Part shown: positions 1 to 9,075 of the stretch, one piece after another
Layout: every line of letters starts with the position of its first letter
Position numbering within the stretch: the stretch's first letter is position 1
Assembly (NCBI GenBank): GCA_001872725.1
Contig: MNWR01000081.1
Coordinates: 33,849 to 97,848, forward strand
Direction of reading: 5' to 3'
Length of the DNA stretch: 64,000 bases
Source: Proteobacteria bacterium CG1_02_64_396
GTDB taxonomy: Bacteria > Pseudomonadota > MNWR01 > CG1-02-64-396
Program-made: the position numbers and the translations under genes
The notes under the pieces: generated by a model
What the model saw: only the letters and a program-made list of their open reading frames with translations
Told to the model about the DNA's origin: nothing
Database searches by the model: none

Positions 1-1382
1 AGGGGCAACCCTCCCCGGTTGAGGTACAGATCGACGAGGATCTGACGCCTGTGACCGTGGGCGAGCCGCTACGGGTTTATTTCGATGCGGGTATTGCCGA
101 ACTACAACCGGCCGCCAAGTTGCGAATCCAGCGGTGGGCCAAGGATCTGGAATCCGATCCTTCCCTTGAACTGCATATCGACGGGTTTACCGACGAACGG
201 CAGATCCACTCCGAGCGTTTTGCCTCCAACCACGAACTGTCGCTGGCGCGTGCCCAAGCGGTCGCCAATCTGATCGCCAAAATGGGGGTGCAGTCCTCGC
301 GCATGAAGGTGCAGGGGCTGGGGGACCAAAACCCCTTGGTCGAAGGGCATGATGAACAGGCATGGGGGCAAAACCGGAGGGTGGAGGTGCAGATGTTCCG
401 TCGGCCTGTGAGTCGACGCGATGCCGCGATACCCCGCTCCAGCCAAACGGCGGATGGGATGTCGATCCTCGAAAACAAGATCTTCAAAATGGTTGAGGGG
501 CGTCCCGAATACAAGATCGGCCCTGGTGATGTTCTAACCATCACGTTATGGGAAGGGAGTCAGGGAAGCACATTCACCCCCGAGGTGTTGTTCGACGGCA
601 CCCTTTCATTCACCTACTTCGACAAACTGAAGGTGGAGGGGTTGACCCCTTCCGATATCGACCAAGTGATTACCGAGCGGTTGTCCAACATTGTGCGCAA
701 TCCCCGGGTCGATGTTCAGGTCAAGGAGCATAAAGCCCATGTGGTGACCCTGTTCGGCAGTGTGCAATCGTTATTGCGCCAACCGACCGGCCCTGGCCCT
801 TACAAAATGTCGGGGCGGGAGAGTTTGCTTGAGTTTATTTCCCGGGCAGGGGGGCCGACCAGCGACGCCGACCTCAATCATGTGCAGGTACGCCGTGGCG
901 AAAAGACCATGGTGGTGAATCTTTACAAAGCGATGTACGAGGGGGACCAAAGTCAGGATTTGGTTTTGGATGCTGGCGATACCGTGATCGTCCCCTCCCA
1001 GAAAATGACCACCAACCAGATCTTTGTGTTGGGGGAGGTCAACAAGCCCGGCATCGTCTCTTTCCAGGATCAAATTCATCTTTTAGAGGCGTTAACCCGG
1101 ACCGATAGCTGGAAACCGTCGGCCGATTTAAGCGAAGTCCGGGTGGTGCGAACGGTGGAGGACCGCCCCGTCATTTTGGCGGTCGATTTCAACCGTCTGC
1201 TGCAAGAGGGGGATCTACGTCAGAACGTCCTGCTTGAGAACAATGACATCGTTTTGGTGCCGACCGGTCCGATCGACAACTGGAATGCCTACATCCAGAA
1301 GTTGATGCCTTCGTTCTCTCTGATTACCCAGCCCTTGAGCGTGTTCTACCAGCTCTACATTCTTCAACAGCTGGGCAAATAG
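1..1382 (+). CDS. Polysaccharide export outer-membrane protein (Wza/GumB family) with N-terminal OmpA-like domain; 5' end truncated by window edge
   Basis: ORF 51..1382 has no in-frame stop upstream to position 3, so the gene continues 5' of the window. OmpA_C-like motifs (HIDGFTDERQ...NHELSLARAQAV...RRVEVQMF) precede Wza Poly_export/SLBB motifs (YKIGPGDVLTITLWEG; IFVLGEVNKPGIV; NDIVLVP). Confidence 0.7.
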   Translation, partial: GQPSPVEVQIDEDLTPVTVGEPLRVYFDAGIAELQPAAKLRIQRWAKDLESDPSLELHIDGFTDERQIHSERFASNHELSLARAQAVANLIAKMGVQSSRMKVQGLGDQNPLVEGHDEQAWGQNRRVEVQMFRRPVSRRDAAIPRSSQTADGMSILENKIFKMVEGRPEYKIGPGDVLTITLWEGSQGSTFTPEVLFDGTLSFTYFDKLKVEGLTPSDIDQVITERLSNIVRNPRVDVQVKEHKAHVVTLFGSVQSLLRQPTGPGPYKMSGRESLLEFISRAGGPTSDADLNHVQVRRGEKTMVVNLYKAMYEGDQSQDLVLDAGDTVIVPSQKMTTNQIFVLGEVNKPGIVSFQDQIHLLEALTRTDSWKPSADLSEVRVVRTVEDRPVILAVDFNRLLQEGDLRQNVLLENNDIVLVPTGPIDNWNAYIQKLMPSFSLITQPLSVFYQLYILQQLGK

Positions 1383-1384
1383 CC

Positions 1385-3691
1385 ATGGCGACCACCTACG
1401 AACTCAATCTGCGCGATTACTGGTTCATCGTCGTCAAACGGCGGGCAATCATTATCTTGTCGACGCTGATTCTATTCGGATTCAGCACCTTCTTTTCGTA
1501 CATCAACAAACCAGAACCGCTCTATGAGGCGACCGCTTCGGTCAAGTTGGAAAAATTCAACAACCTGGCCGGTCTGCTCCTACAGAACTTCTCGTACGAC
1601 GAATACGACTCGGTTTCGACCCAGATCTCGGTGATTACCAGTTATGGGGTGATTGAGGAGGTGGCACGTCGCCTGGGGAAAATCGACCCTAAGAAGAGTA
1701 CCGAGGCGATCCGCGCCGATCCCGAGGCCATGGGGACCATCCTTGCGCTCAAGGGGATGGTCAGCGCCGAACAGGAGGGGATGAGCAGCATCATCAACAT
1801 CTCGGCGGTCTCGGCGTCGCCAATATTTGCCCAACAATTGGCCCAAACATTGGCCGAGGTTTATCGCCAACAAAATCTGCTCGACCGCAACATTCAGGTG
1901 ATCGAGGCCAAGCGTTTTATCGAGAAACAGCTTGCGAGCATCGGCGACAAACTACGTAAATCGGAACGGGAGGTCAGCCGTTATCAGGAAGAAAACGAGC
2001 TGCTGACCCAATCTTCCGGGGGTGGCAACACCGTATATGAGCAACGTTTAGCCGATTTGCAGGGGGAGACCGATACCGCTCGGCGACGGCAGGCAGAATT
2101 GGATTTGATCTACCACGAATTGGATCGCCGTTTGGCCGAAGGGGACAGTCACCCTCTCGAAGGGCTGGTGACCATTGAGATCAGTCCCCTGTTCGACAAA
2201 CTCAACGGCTCCCTGGTCGAGCTCTACATGAAACACAACGGGCTGCTGGTGCATTTTATGCCCGATCACCCCCAGGTGCGGGAGATCGACCAGCAGATCG
2301 CTTCGATCCTCGACAGCATCCACGACGAAATCAAAGCCCAGGTGATGGGGGGGGAGCGCAAAATTAAGGCGCTGACCCAAGAGACCGCCCAATTGCGGGC
2401 CTCGTACCAAGCCATGCCGGAAAAAGTCCTTGAATTCGAACGTCTCAAACGTGATGTCGAAATCACCAACAACCTGTTCGAAATGCTGCAAGAAAAATAT
2501 CAAGAGATCCTGCTGCGCGAAGCCGAAAAGGTGCAGGAGGTTTCGATCCTCCGCCCTGCCTTGACCCCTGCGGTCCCCATCAATCCTCCTAATATTCAGG
2601 GGGCAATGGTGGCGGGGCTGTTGATTGGGCTGATGTTGGGCCTGGTCTTTGCCATGCTGCTGGAAACCCTCGATACCTCGATCGCCACGGTGGACGAGAT
2701 CGAGAGTCTGTTGGGGGTGCCGGTCCTCGGCTTCATTCCCCAATTGACCCAGGACGAGGCGCGGATCCTCTTGATGGGGGACCGAAAACGCAGGGAGGGG
2801 GGGGAGGACAAAGGGGAGTTGTCGGTCGACGAGCTGGAGCGGGCGGTGCGCCTGATTACCCATTTTTCGCCCGATTCGACCCTATCAGAGGCCTATCGAA
2901 CGCTGCGGACCAATATTCAATTTGCCACCATCGACCAGGAAAAACTGGTGCTGATGGTCTCCTCCTCATCGGCCAAGGAGGGCAAAAGTACCGTGGCGGC
3001 CAACCTTGCGGTCTCCATGGCGCAGCAGGGCAAACAGGTCTTGTTGGTCGACGGCGATCTGCGCAAACCCATGCAACACCGCACCTTCGGAGTGGAACGC
3101 GAACCAGGGCTTTCCGATGTGATTTTGGGGAGTTTCGAATGGCGTGAGGTGGTGCGCACCGTAACCGACTTGATGACCGGCGAAATCGGGGTTGAGGCGA
3201 TCATGCGTACCCCTGGGCTTGATAACCTGTCGATCATCACCTCGGGGCAAATCCCCCATAACCCTACCGACCTCATCAACTCGCAGCGTTTTGACCATTT
3301 CCTGGAGGAGGTGCACGAGGCATACGATGTGGTGCTCTTCGACGTCAGCCCCGTGCTTCATACCACCGATGCACTGATTCTGGCCTCCAAGGTGAATTAC
3401 GTTCTGTTGGTTTATCAGGTGGGTTCGGTGGTCTCTTCGGCCCTACGTCGCACCCACACCCTGTTGCAGCACGTGAATGCCAGTCTGTTGGGGGTTTCAC
3501 TCAACGGAGTGCATTCCGATATCTCTCGCGATTACGCCGCCTACAAGATGAAGAACTATTACGCCTACGGCTATGGGCGCAAAGAGGGCAAAAAACCCGA
3601 AGGGGCCATGGAAAAACTGTGGACCGATATCGGCGATACGATCGAGGCGGGGTGGTCGCGGGTGAAACGGTTGTTTTTGCGTAAAGAATAG
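1385..3691 (+). CDS. Polysaccharide co-polymerase / BY-tyrosine autokinase (Wzc/GumC/EpsB-like)
   Basis: 768 aa. N-terminal TM plus Wzz-like coiled-coil region, second TM (GAMVAGLLIGLMLGLVF), and C-terminal P-loop ATPase (SSSSAKEGKSTVAANLAVSMAQQGKQVLLVDGDLRKP; VVLFDVSPV). Tyr-rich tail YAAYKMKNYYAYGYG. ATG at 1385 is 3 nt after the upstream stop. Confidence 0.8.
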   Translation: MATTYELNLRDYWFIVVKRRAIIILSTLILFGFSTFFSYINKPEPLYEATASVKLEKFNNLAGLLLQNFSYDEYDSVSTQISVITSYGVIEEVARRLGKIDPKKSTEAIRADPEAMGTILALKGMVSAEQEGMSSIINISAVSASPIFAQQLAQTLAEVYRQQNLLDRNIQVIEAKRFIEKQLASIGDKLRKSEREVSRYQEENELLTQSSGGGNTVYEQRLADLQGETDTARRRQAELDLIYHELDRRLAEGDSHPLEGLVTIEISPLFDKLNGSLVELYMKHNGLLVHFMPDHPQVREIDQQIASILDSIHDEIKAQVMGGERKIKALTQETAQLRASYQAMPEKVLEFERLKRDVEITNNLFEMLQEKYQEILLREAEKVQEVSILRPALTPAVPINPPNIQGAMVAGLLIGLMLGLVFAMLLETLDTSIATVDEIESLLGVPVLGFIPQLTQDEARILLMGDRKRREGGEDKGELSVDELERAVRLITHFSPDSTLSEAYRTLRTNIQFATIDQEKLVLMVSSSSAKEGKSTVAANLAVSMAQQGKQVLLVDGDLRKPMQHRTFGVEREPGLSDVILGSFEWREVVRTVTDLMTGEIGVEAIMRTPGLDNLSIITSGQIPHNPTDLINSQRFDHFLEEVHEAYDVVLFDVSPVLHTTDALILASKVNYVLLVYQVGSVVSSALRRTHTLLQHVNASLLGVSLNGVHSDISRDYAAYKMKNYYAYGYGRKEGKKPEGAMEKLWTDIGDTIEAGWSRVKRLFLRKE

Positions 3692-3702
3692 GGGGAAAAC
3701 CG

Positions 3703-3909
3703 ATGACCATGCCCCGGTGGTATGTGCGCAATCGACGCACCATTCATGGATTTGCGGGGCTGATGGGGATCGGCGTTGTGCTGTTGTTGCTCCTGTTTCA
3801 AATTCGGGGCTGCGGACAACAGGTCGAGACCAAGGATCTCTATCGCCCCATGGATCGCCCCTCCGAGCATGGCCGCGTGGTTGTTCAGCCCCATGAAGCC
3901 CAGCAGTAA
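3703..3909 (+). CDS. Small hypothetical single-TM protein
   Basis: 68-aa ORF, ATG preceded by GGGGGAA 8 nt upstream, directly after the wzc-like stop. Hydrophobic segment GLMGIGVVLLLLLF. No homology recognised; could be non-coding. Confidence 0.25.
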   Translation: MTMPRWYVRNRRTIHGFAGLMGIGVVLLLLLFQIRGCGQQVETKDLYRPMDRPSEHGRVVVQPHEAQQ

Positions 3910-5485
3910 CCTCCCCCTGAGGGGGGGCGTCGGCGCTCAAGACTGGAACCGCGGGACCGCCTCCCTCACCCCCATTTCGGTCGCCCTGGCCCTATTGGTA
4001 TTCGGGGTCGTCGTCTCCTACCTGTTGATTCAGGTTTCGGTGGTGGCGGCCATGGTGGCGGTTCTAGGGGCCGCAGTTTTTCTCGCCTGTTTTATCTCCA
4101 TTCAATTTTCGGTCGTTCTCCTCATCCTCTCGACCCTGCTTTCTCCTGAATTGCAGATGGGTGGCGGTGGTGTGGGAACGACCGCCTCGCGGGGCGTCAC
4201 CATTCGGGTCGACGACCTTTTGCTGGCTCTGATTGCCTTTGCCTGGCTTGCACGTATGGCGGTGCGCAAGGACTTAGGATTTCTGCGTTCCACCGTGCTC
4301 AACGGACCCATGAAGGGGTATCTGGCGGTGGTGGCGCTGGGCACCACCATGGCCTTTGTTGAGGGAAGGCTCTCTTCGCCACTTGTGGCGTTGATGTACG
4401 CCCTGAAGTATCTGGAATTTTTTCTGATTTATTTTGCCGTGATCAACACGGTCGAGGGGCCGAAGGATGTCCGCCGGTTCCTGACGATCATGTTCGTCAC
4501 CTGCGCGGTCGTTTCGATTCTAGGGATCATGCAGATCCCCTCGGGGGGTCGGGTTAGCGCCCCTTTCGAGGGGGAGGAGGGGGAGCCCAATACCTTCTCA
4601 GGGTATTTGGTATTGCTGATGGGGCTGATGGCCGGGGTCTATTGGCACAAAGGGGTCACCGGAAAAAACCGATTGATCCTGTTCGTTTTTTTGATGCTCA
4701 CCCTTCCCCCCTTCCTTTATACCGAATCGCGCGCTGGGTATTTGGCGGCAGCCATGGCCTACGTGGCATTTTGGTTTTATGCCGAGAACAAGCGACAAAT
4801 CGCCATGGCGACCTTGGCGATTCTTGCGGTTTCCCCCTTTGTGGTGCCCGACCGGGTCATTGATCGAATCTCCTACACCTTTAATCAAAGCGAGCGGGAG
4901 GCCATTGGTTATCAGCGGGTCGAGGTGGCGGGGGTGACGGTCGATACCTCGACCACCGAGCGGTTGGAATCGTGGAAAAACGTCCTGACCCGCGATTATT
5001 TCAAACACCCGGTCATCGGTTTCGGCGCCACCGGATATCGCTTCGTTGATGCCCAATACGTCCGGGTTCTGGCCGAAAGTGGGGCGATGGGGTTTCTGTT
5101 TTTTAGTGTGTTGCTTGTGCGCATTTTTAAACAGGCCAAGGCGCTTTACCGAGAAACCGACGATCCTCTCCTTAAAGGGGTGGCTCATGGCTTGATGGCG
5201 GCCCTGATCGGCCTATTGGCCCATGCGGTGGGCTCCAATACCTTCGCCATCGTCCGGGTGATGGAGCCCTTCATGATTGCCACAGCATTGGTGGTCGCCT
5301 CCCTTCAGATGTTGAAACAACAACGGGGGGAAACGGCGCTTGCTGAAACTGCTAGTGGTCAGGCCATTGTCGAACCTGAATCGATGGCTACACCCATCGC
5401 TGCGAGCGGTCGCAAGGTCGGCCCTGTACCCCGCCGCCAAGTTCGCCTGCCTTCCCCCCACCCACCTTGGCGACGTGGTGGCTGA
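3893..5485 (+). CDS. Wzy_C / O-antigen ligase-polymerase family polytopic membrane protein (start uncertain)
   Basis: ORF 3776..5485 has more than 10 TM helices and a Wzy_C-like loop (TESRAGYLAAAMAYVAFWFY). Candidate starts at 3869/3893 overlap the small ORF. The C-terminal 50 aa look low-complexity. The stop overlaps the xerD GTG start. Confidence 0.6.
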   Translation: MKPSSNLPLRGGVGAQDWNRGTASLTPISVALALLVFGVVVSYLLIQVSVVAAMVAVLGAAVFLACFISIQFSVVLLILSTLLSPELQMGGGGVGTTASRGVTIRVDDLLLALIAFAWLARMAVRKDLGFLRSTVLNGPMKGYLAVVALGTTMAFVEGRLSSPLVALMYALKYLEFFLIYFAVINTVEGPKDVRRFLTIMFVTCAVVSILGIMQIPSGGRVSAPFEGEEGEPNTFSGYLVLLMGLMAGVYWHKGVTGKNRLILFVFLMLTLPPFLYTESRAGYLAAAMAYVAFWFYAENKRQIAMATLAILAVSPFVVPDRVIDRISYTFNQSEREAIGYQRVEVAGVTVDTSTTERLESWKNVLTRDYFKHPVIGFGATGYRFVDAQYVRVLAESGAMGFLFFSVLLVRIFKQAKALYRETDDPLLKGVAHGLMAALIGLLAHAVGSNTFAIVRVMEPFMIATALVVASLQMLKQQRGETALAETASGQAIVEPESMATPIAASGRKVGPVPRRQVRLPSPHPPWRRGG

Positions 5486-6407
5486 GACCCAAGTGGGCCA
5501 TCCGCTCGCCTGGCGGGGTTGGGTCGACTGGTGGAGCGGGGAGCTGGCCATCGGCCATGCGCCCCAAAGTGTGCAGGCCTATCGCCGCGATATCGGCGAT
5601 CTGTGCGATTTTTTGGTGGAGCAAGGACTTGACCTCGAAGCGGCGCAGCGGGTCGATCTGGGGCGCTACCTGGGGCGGTTGGCCCAGGAGGGGGCCAAAC
5701 CCTCGACCCTGCGGCGGCGCATCGCTGCCATGCGCTCCCTCTTTTCCTTTTTGGTCACGGCAGGGGTGCGGCAGGATGACCCCTCTGCGCTGCTGCAACG
5801 TCCCCGCTTGCCCAGCCGCCTGCCCAAGGTGTTGGAGGAGGGGGAGGTTGCCCTGCTGCTCGATGCCGTCTGGCCCGAAACCGCTTTGGCCAGCCGCGAC
5901 CGGTCGATCCTGGAGCTAATGTACGCCACCGGGCTACGTGCTTCCGAGGTGGTGGGACTGCGCCAAGACCAGGTGGTGCTCGATCCAGGTTTTTTGGTGG
6001 TTCGGGGCAAGGGGGGCAAGGAGCGGTTGGTCCCCTTGGGGGAACGGGCCATTGAGGCGACGACCCGGTATTTGCTGGAGGGGCGTCCCTTGCTGGCGCC
6101 TGGCCGAATGTTGCAGGAGGGAGCACTGTTTCCCTCCACGCGGGGGGGAGTGATGACCCGGCAGGCGCTGTGGGGTCTGGTCAAGCGGCGCGCCCTGTCG
6201 GTCGGGATCGACCCCGGGAGGATCTCCCCCCACACCCTGCGTCACTGCTTTGCCACCCATCTTCTGGCCCATGGGGCCGATTTGCGTGCCGTTCAGGCGA
6301 TGTTGGGTCATGCCAGCCTGACCACCACCCAGATCTACACCCACATCGCCAACCACCGTTTGCAGCAGGTCCACCACCAACGCCATCCCCGCAATCGCAC
6401 CGTTTGA
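5475..6407 (+). CDS. xerD: Tyrosine site-specific recombinase XerD
   Basis: C-terminal catalytic motifs (LRHCFATHLLAHGADLRAVQAMLGHASLTTTQIYTHI) and a XerD-like tail (NHRLQQVHHQRHPR). The N-terminal SAM-like domain aligns from about aa 45 of the ORF; the in-frame GTG at 5475 is chosen as start and overlaps the upstream stop. Confidence 0.7.
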   Translation: MVAETQVGHPLAWRGWVDWWSGELAIGHAPQSVQAYRRDIGDLCDFLVEQGLDLEAAQRVDLGRYLGRLAQEGAKPSTLRRRIAAMRSLFSFLVTAGVRQDDPSALLQRPRLPSRLPKVLEEGEVALLLDAVWPETALASRDRSILELMYATGLRASEVVGLRQDQVVLDPGFLVVRGKGGKERLVPLGERAIEATTRYLLEGRPLLAPGRMLQEGALFPSTRGGVMTRQALWGLVKRRALSVGIDPGRISPHTLRHCFATHLLAHGADLRAVQAMLGHASLTTTQIYTHIANHRLQQVHHQRHPRNRTV

Positions 6408-6487
6408 GCGCCTTCGTTGTACCGGGGGGATGTGTCATGATCGCGGCGGTTTTTTATTTTTGTACCCCGTTGCTTTGAGAGGCTCCC

Positions 6488-7909
6488 TTGTCCGCACCCG
6501 TCCGCACCCGCTTCGCCCCTTCCCCTACCGGCATGTTGCACATCGGCGGGGTCCGCACCGCGCTGTTCAATCTGCTGTTTGCCCGCCGTCACGGGGGGCA
6601 ATTCCTGTTGCGCATCGAGGATACCGACCGGGAACGCTCCACCCCCGAGGCGGTGCAGGTGATTTTGGATGGTTTGAACTGGATGGATCTCAACCCCGAC
6701 GAGGAGCCGCTGTTCCAGTCGACCCGGATTGAGCGCCATCGCGCCGCCGCCGAGGGTTTGCTGGCGGAGGGCCGGGCCTATCGCTGCTACTGCACACCCC
6801 AGGAGCTGACCGCAATGCGGGAGGCGCAGCAGGCCAAGGGGGAAAAACCTCGCTACGACGGTCGTTGTCGCCATCGCAGCGATGCCCCTCAAGGGGCCCC
6901 CTATGTGGTGCGCTTGGCCAATCCCACCGAGGGGGAGACGGTGGTCGACGATCTGGTTCAGGGGCGGGTGGTGTTCGCCAATACCGAGCTCGACGATCTG
7001 ATTCTGTTGCGCTCCGACGGTAGCCCGACCTACATGCTGGCGGTGGTGGTCGACGATGCCGATATGGGGATTACCCACGTTATTCGGGGCGACGACCACC
7101 TCAACAACACCCCCCGGCAGATGCAGATCTACCGGGCTCTTGGCCTGGAACCCCCTCAATTCGGGCATATTTCACTGATCCACGGCGCCGACGGCGCCAA
7201 GCTTTCGAAGCGTCACGGGGCGGTGGCCGCGACTCAGTACCGGCAGGAGGGGTACCTGCCCGAGGCGCTGGTCAACTATCTGGTGCGGCTGGGTTGGTCC
7301 CATGGCGATCAAGAGATCTTCTCGCGCCAAGAGTTAGAGGCGCTGTTCGATTTGGATCACGTCGGTAAATCGGCCTCCTCTTTCAATCCCGAAAAGTTGC
7401 TTTGGCTCAACGCCCACTATCTGCGTGAACGCGATCCCGAGACCCTGATTGAGCCGTTGTGGGAGCAGCTGGCCCTTTTGGGTCAGGATGTCGGGGATCG
7501 TCCCCGCGCTTGGTGGGGCGCCTTGATTCGCGAACTGCAACCCCGCAGCGAAACCCTGCGTCAGGTTGCCGAGGGGGTGCTCCCTTTCCTCGCACAGGGT
7601 ATCGAGATCGATCCGGCGGCCCAGGCCAAACATCTCAAGGGGGATGCGGCGCCGGTGCTGTCGGCGCTGATCGCGGGGCTTTCAGCCCTAACCGTGTGGG
7701 AGCGCGAGGCGATTGGCGGTGTGTTTCACGGGGTGGCCGAGCGACTGGGGGTGAAGATGGGCAAAATCGCCCAGCCGGCCCGGGTTGCGGTGACCGGTCG
7801 AACCGTCTCCCCCGGTATTTACGAAACCCTGGAGTTGATGGGGCGGCAGACGACGCTCCAACGGATGCAGGCGGCGGTCGATACAGTCACCGAAGAACAG
7901 GGGGTTTAA
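6488..7909 (+). CDS. gltX: Glutamyl-tRNA synthetase
   Basis: HIGH motif (PSPTGMLHIGGVRTALFN), KMSKS variant (KLSKRHG), length 473 aa. TTG start. Confidence 0.9.
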   Translation: MSAPVRTRFAPSPTGMLHIGGVRTALFNLLFARRHGGQFLLRIEDTDRERSTPEAVQVILDGLNWMDLNPDEEPLFQSTRIERHRAAAEGLLAEGRAYRCYCTPQELTAMREAQQAKGEKPRYDGRCRHRSDAPQGAPYVVRLANPTEGETVVDDLVQGRVVFANTELDDLILLRSDGSPTYMLAVVVDDADMGITHVIRGDDHLNNTPRQMQIYRALGLEPPQFGHISLIHGADGAKLSKRHGAVAATQYRQEGYLPEALVNYLVRLGWSHGDQEIFSRQELEALFDLDHVGKSASSFNPEKLLWLNAHYLRERDPETLIEPLWEQLALLGQDVGDRPRAWWGALIRELQPRSETLRQVAEGVLPFLAQGIEIDPAAQAKHLKGDAAPVLSALIAGLSALTVWEREAIGGVFHGVAERLGVKMGKIAQPARVAVTGRTVSPGIYETLELMGRQTTLQRMQAAVDTVTEEQGV

Positions 7910-7914
7910 CAGGC

Positions 7915-9075
7915 TTGTCCCCATTTTGGATCTTCTATTTTGGCTTCGTGATTCCGGCGGTGCTGATGCTCCTGGCGGTGCATCAGCTGTTCGTTTGGCT
8001 GCGCAAGCAAAAACATAAAGAGGAACACCTGCCCGGTGCGGCGGTTTCGCTCATGACTGTCATGGGCAACGGTTTGGCCAGCGCCGAAAAAGAACGGGCC
8101 GAGGCGCGCCGCCTGGCGGGGCAGATGCTGGAACGTTTTCCCGATCCCCTGGTGCTTTTGAACGAAGCGGGGGCGGTGGTGCTCAGCAATCCCCCCGCCG
8201 AACCCTACCTTGACCGTTCGACCCCCTCCCATCCCCACTTGCCCTCGATCTACCGCGATGGGGAGGGGGTGCGGGAGCAAACCTTCCCCAGCCACGACGG
8301 CCAGGGGGAGCGCATTCTCGAAATCCGCGAAGAACATCTCAGCCTGCCCAACGAGACGCGGTTGATCTGGGTGCAAATCCGCGATGTCACCCAGCTCCGT
8401 CTTGAGGAGCGCCGCCGCCAAGATATGGCGCGGTTGGCCGCCATGGGATCGGGTGTTTCCCTGGTGGCCCACGAGGTGCGCAACGCCCTGCAATCGCTGC
8501 AAATGTTGATCGCCAGCGAAGGCAAGGGGTGTACCGCGTTACAAGAGGCGCTTCAGGTTGAGATCGACGATTTGGTTGGGCATATGAACGGTATGCTCGA
8601 TTTTGCCCGCCCCCTGCCCATTGAACGTCGCCCCCTCGATTTGCCCATCCTCCTGACCGAGATCGTCGCCCCCTATCGCGAGGTCGCGCCGCAGTTGCAG
8701 GTAGATATTCCCGATGGGGAATCCTGCACCGCGGTGGGGGACGGCGCTTGGCTGCGTCGGGCACTGCGCAACCTGATCGACAACGCCCTGCAAGCGGGGG
8801 GGGAGGGGGTACCCTTGATCCTGTCGGTACGACGCGAGCCGGGGTATTGGTGGTTTGTGGTCGAGGATGGGGGGCCAGGATTGCCCCAACTGGTGCAAGA
8901 CAATCCTTTCGCCCCTTTTGCGACCGCCCGTCCCGGTGGGACCGGCCTGGGGCTGGCCTTGGTGCATAAGGTGGCGCTGGCCCATGGGGGGCAGGCCCGG
9001 CTTTGCCAAGCCGAGCGGGGCGCTTGCATCGAATTCTCGATTCCGGATACGGGTCATGCGCGTTCTGCTGTTTGA
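7915..9075 (+). CDS. Sensor histidine kinase (N-terminal TM, PAS-like, HisKA, HATPase_c)
   Basis: The portion of ORF 7459..9075 upstream of the gltX stop overlaps gltX and is rejected; the in-frame TTG at 7915 follows the gltX stop. TM FWIFYFGFVIPAVLMLLAV; H-box HEVRNALQSL; G-boxes DNALQAG and GTGLGLALVHKVA. Confidence 0.75.
   Translation: MSPFWIFYFGFVIPAVLMLLAVHQLFVWLRKQKHKEEHLPGAAVSLMTVMGNGLASAEKERAEARRLAGQMLERFPDPLVLLNEAGAVVLSNPPAEPYLDRSTPSHPHLPSIYRDGEGVREQTFPSHDGQGERILEIREEHLSLPNETRLIWVQIRDVTQLRLEERRRQDMARLAAMGSGVSLVAHEVRNALQSLQMLIASEGKGCTALQEALQVEIDDLVGHMNGMLDFARPLPIERRPLDLPILLTEIVAPYREVAPQLQVDIPDGESCTAVGDGAWLRRALRNLIDNALQAGGEGVPLILSVRREPGYWWFVVEDGGPGLPQLVQDNPFAPFATARPGGTGLGLALVHKVALAHGGQARLCQAERGACIEFSIPDTGHARSAV

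Noticed and set aside
6490-6509. 10-bp tandem duplication TCCGCACCCG x2 at the start of gltX (encodes PVRTR)
   Set aside because: It is only two copies, in-frame, inside an essential gene, and most likely a chance or trivial duplication.
7459-7914. N-terminal 150 aa of the histidine-kinase ORF overlapping the 3' end of gltX
   Set aside because: The overlap is a different frame of gltX and its translation is Gly/Arg-rich nonsense. A TTG start with the first TM helix follows directly after the gltX stop. The same logic was applied to the ORF extensions at 34152-34577 (over waaF), 37032-37643 (over uxs), 40082-40468, 41203-41268, 50671-51285, 53535-54370 (HPP 5' extension) and 54646-54699/55725-55805 (rrf2 and reductase 5' extensions).
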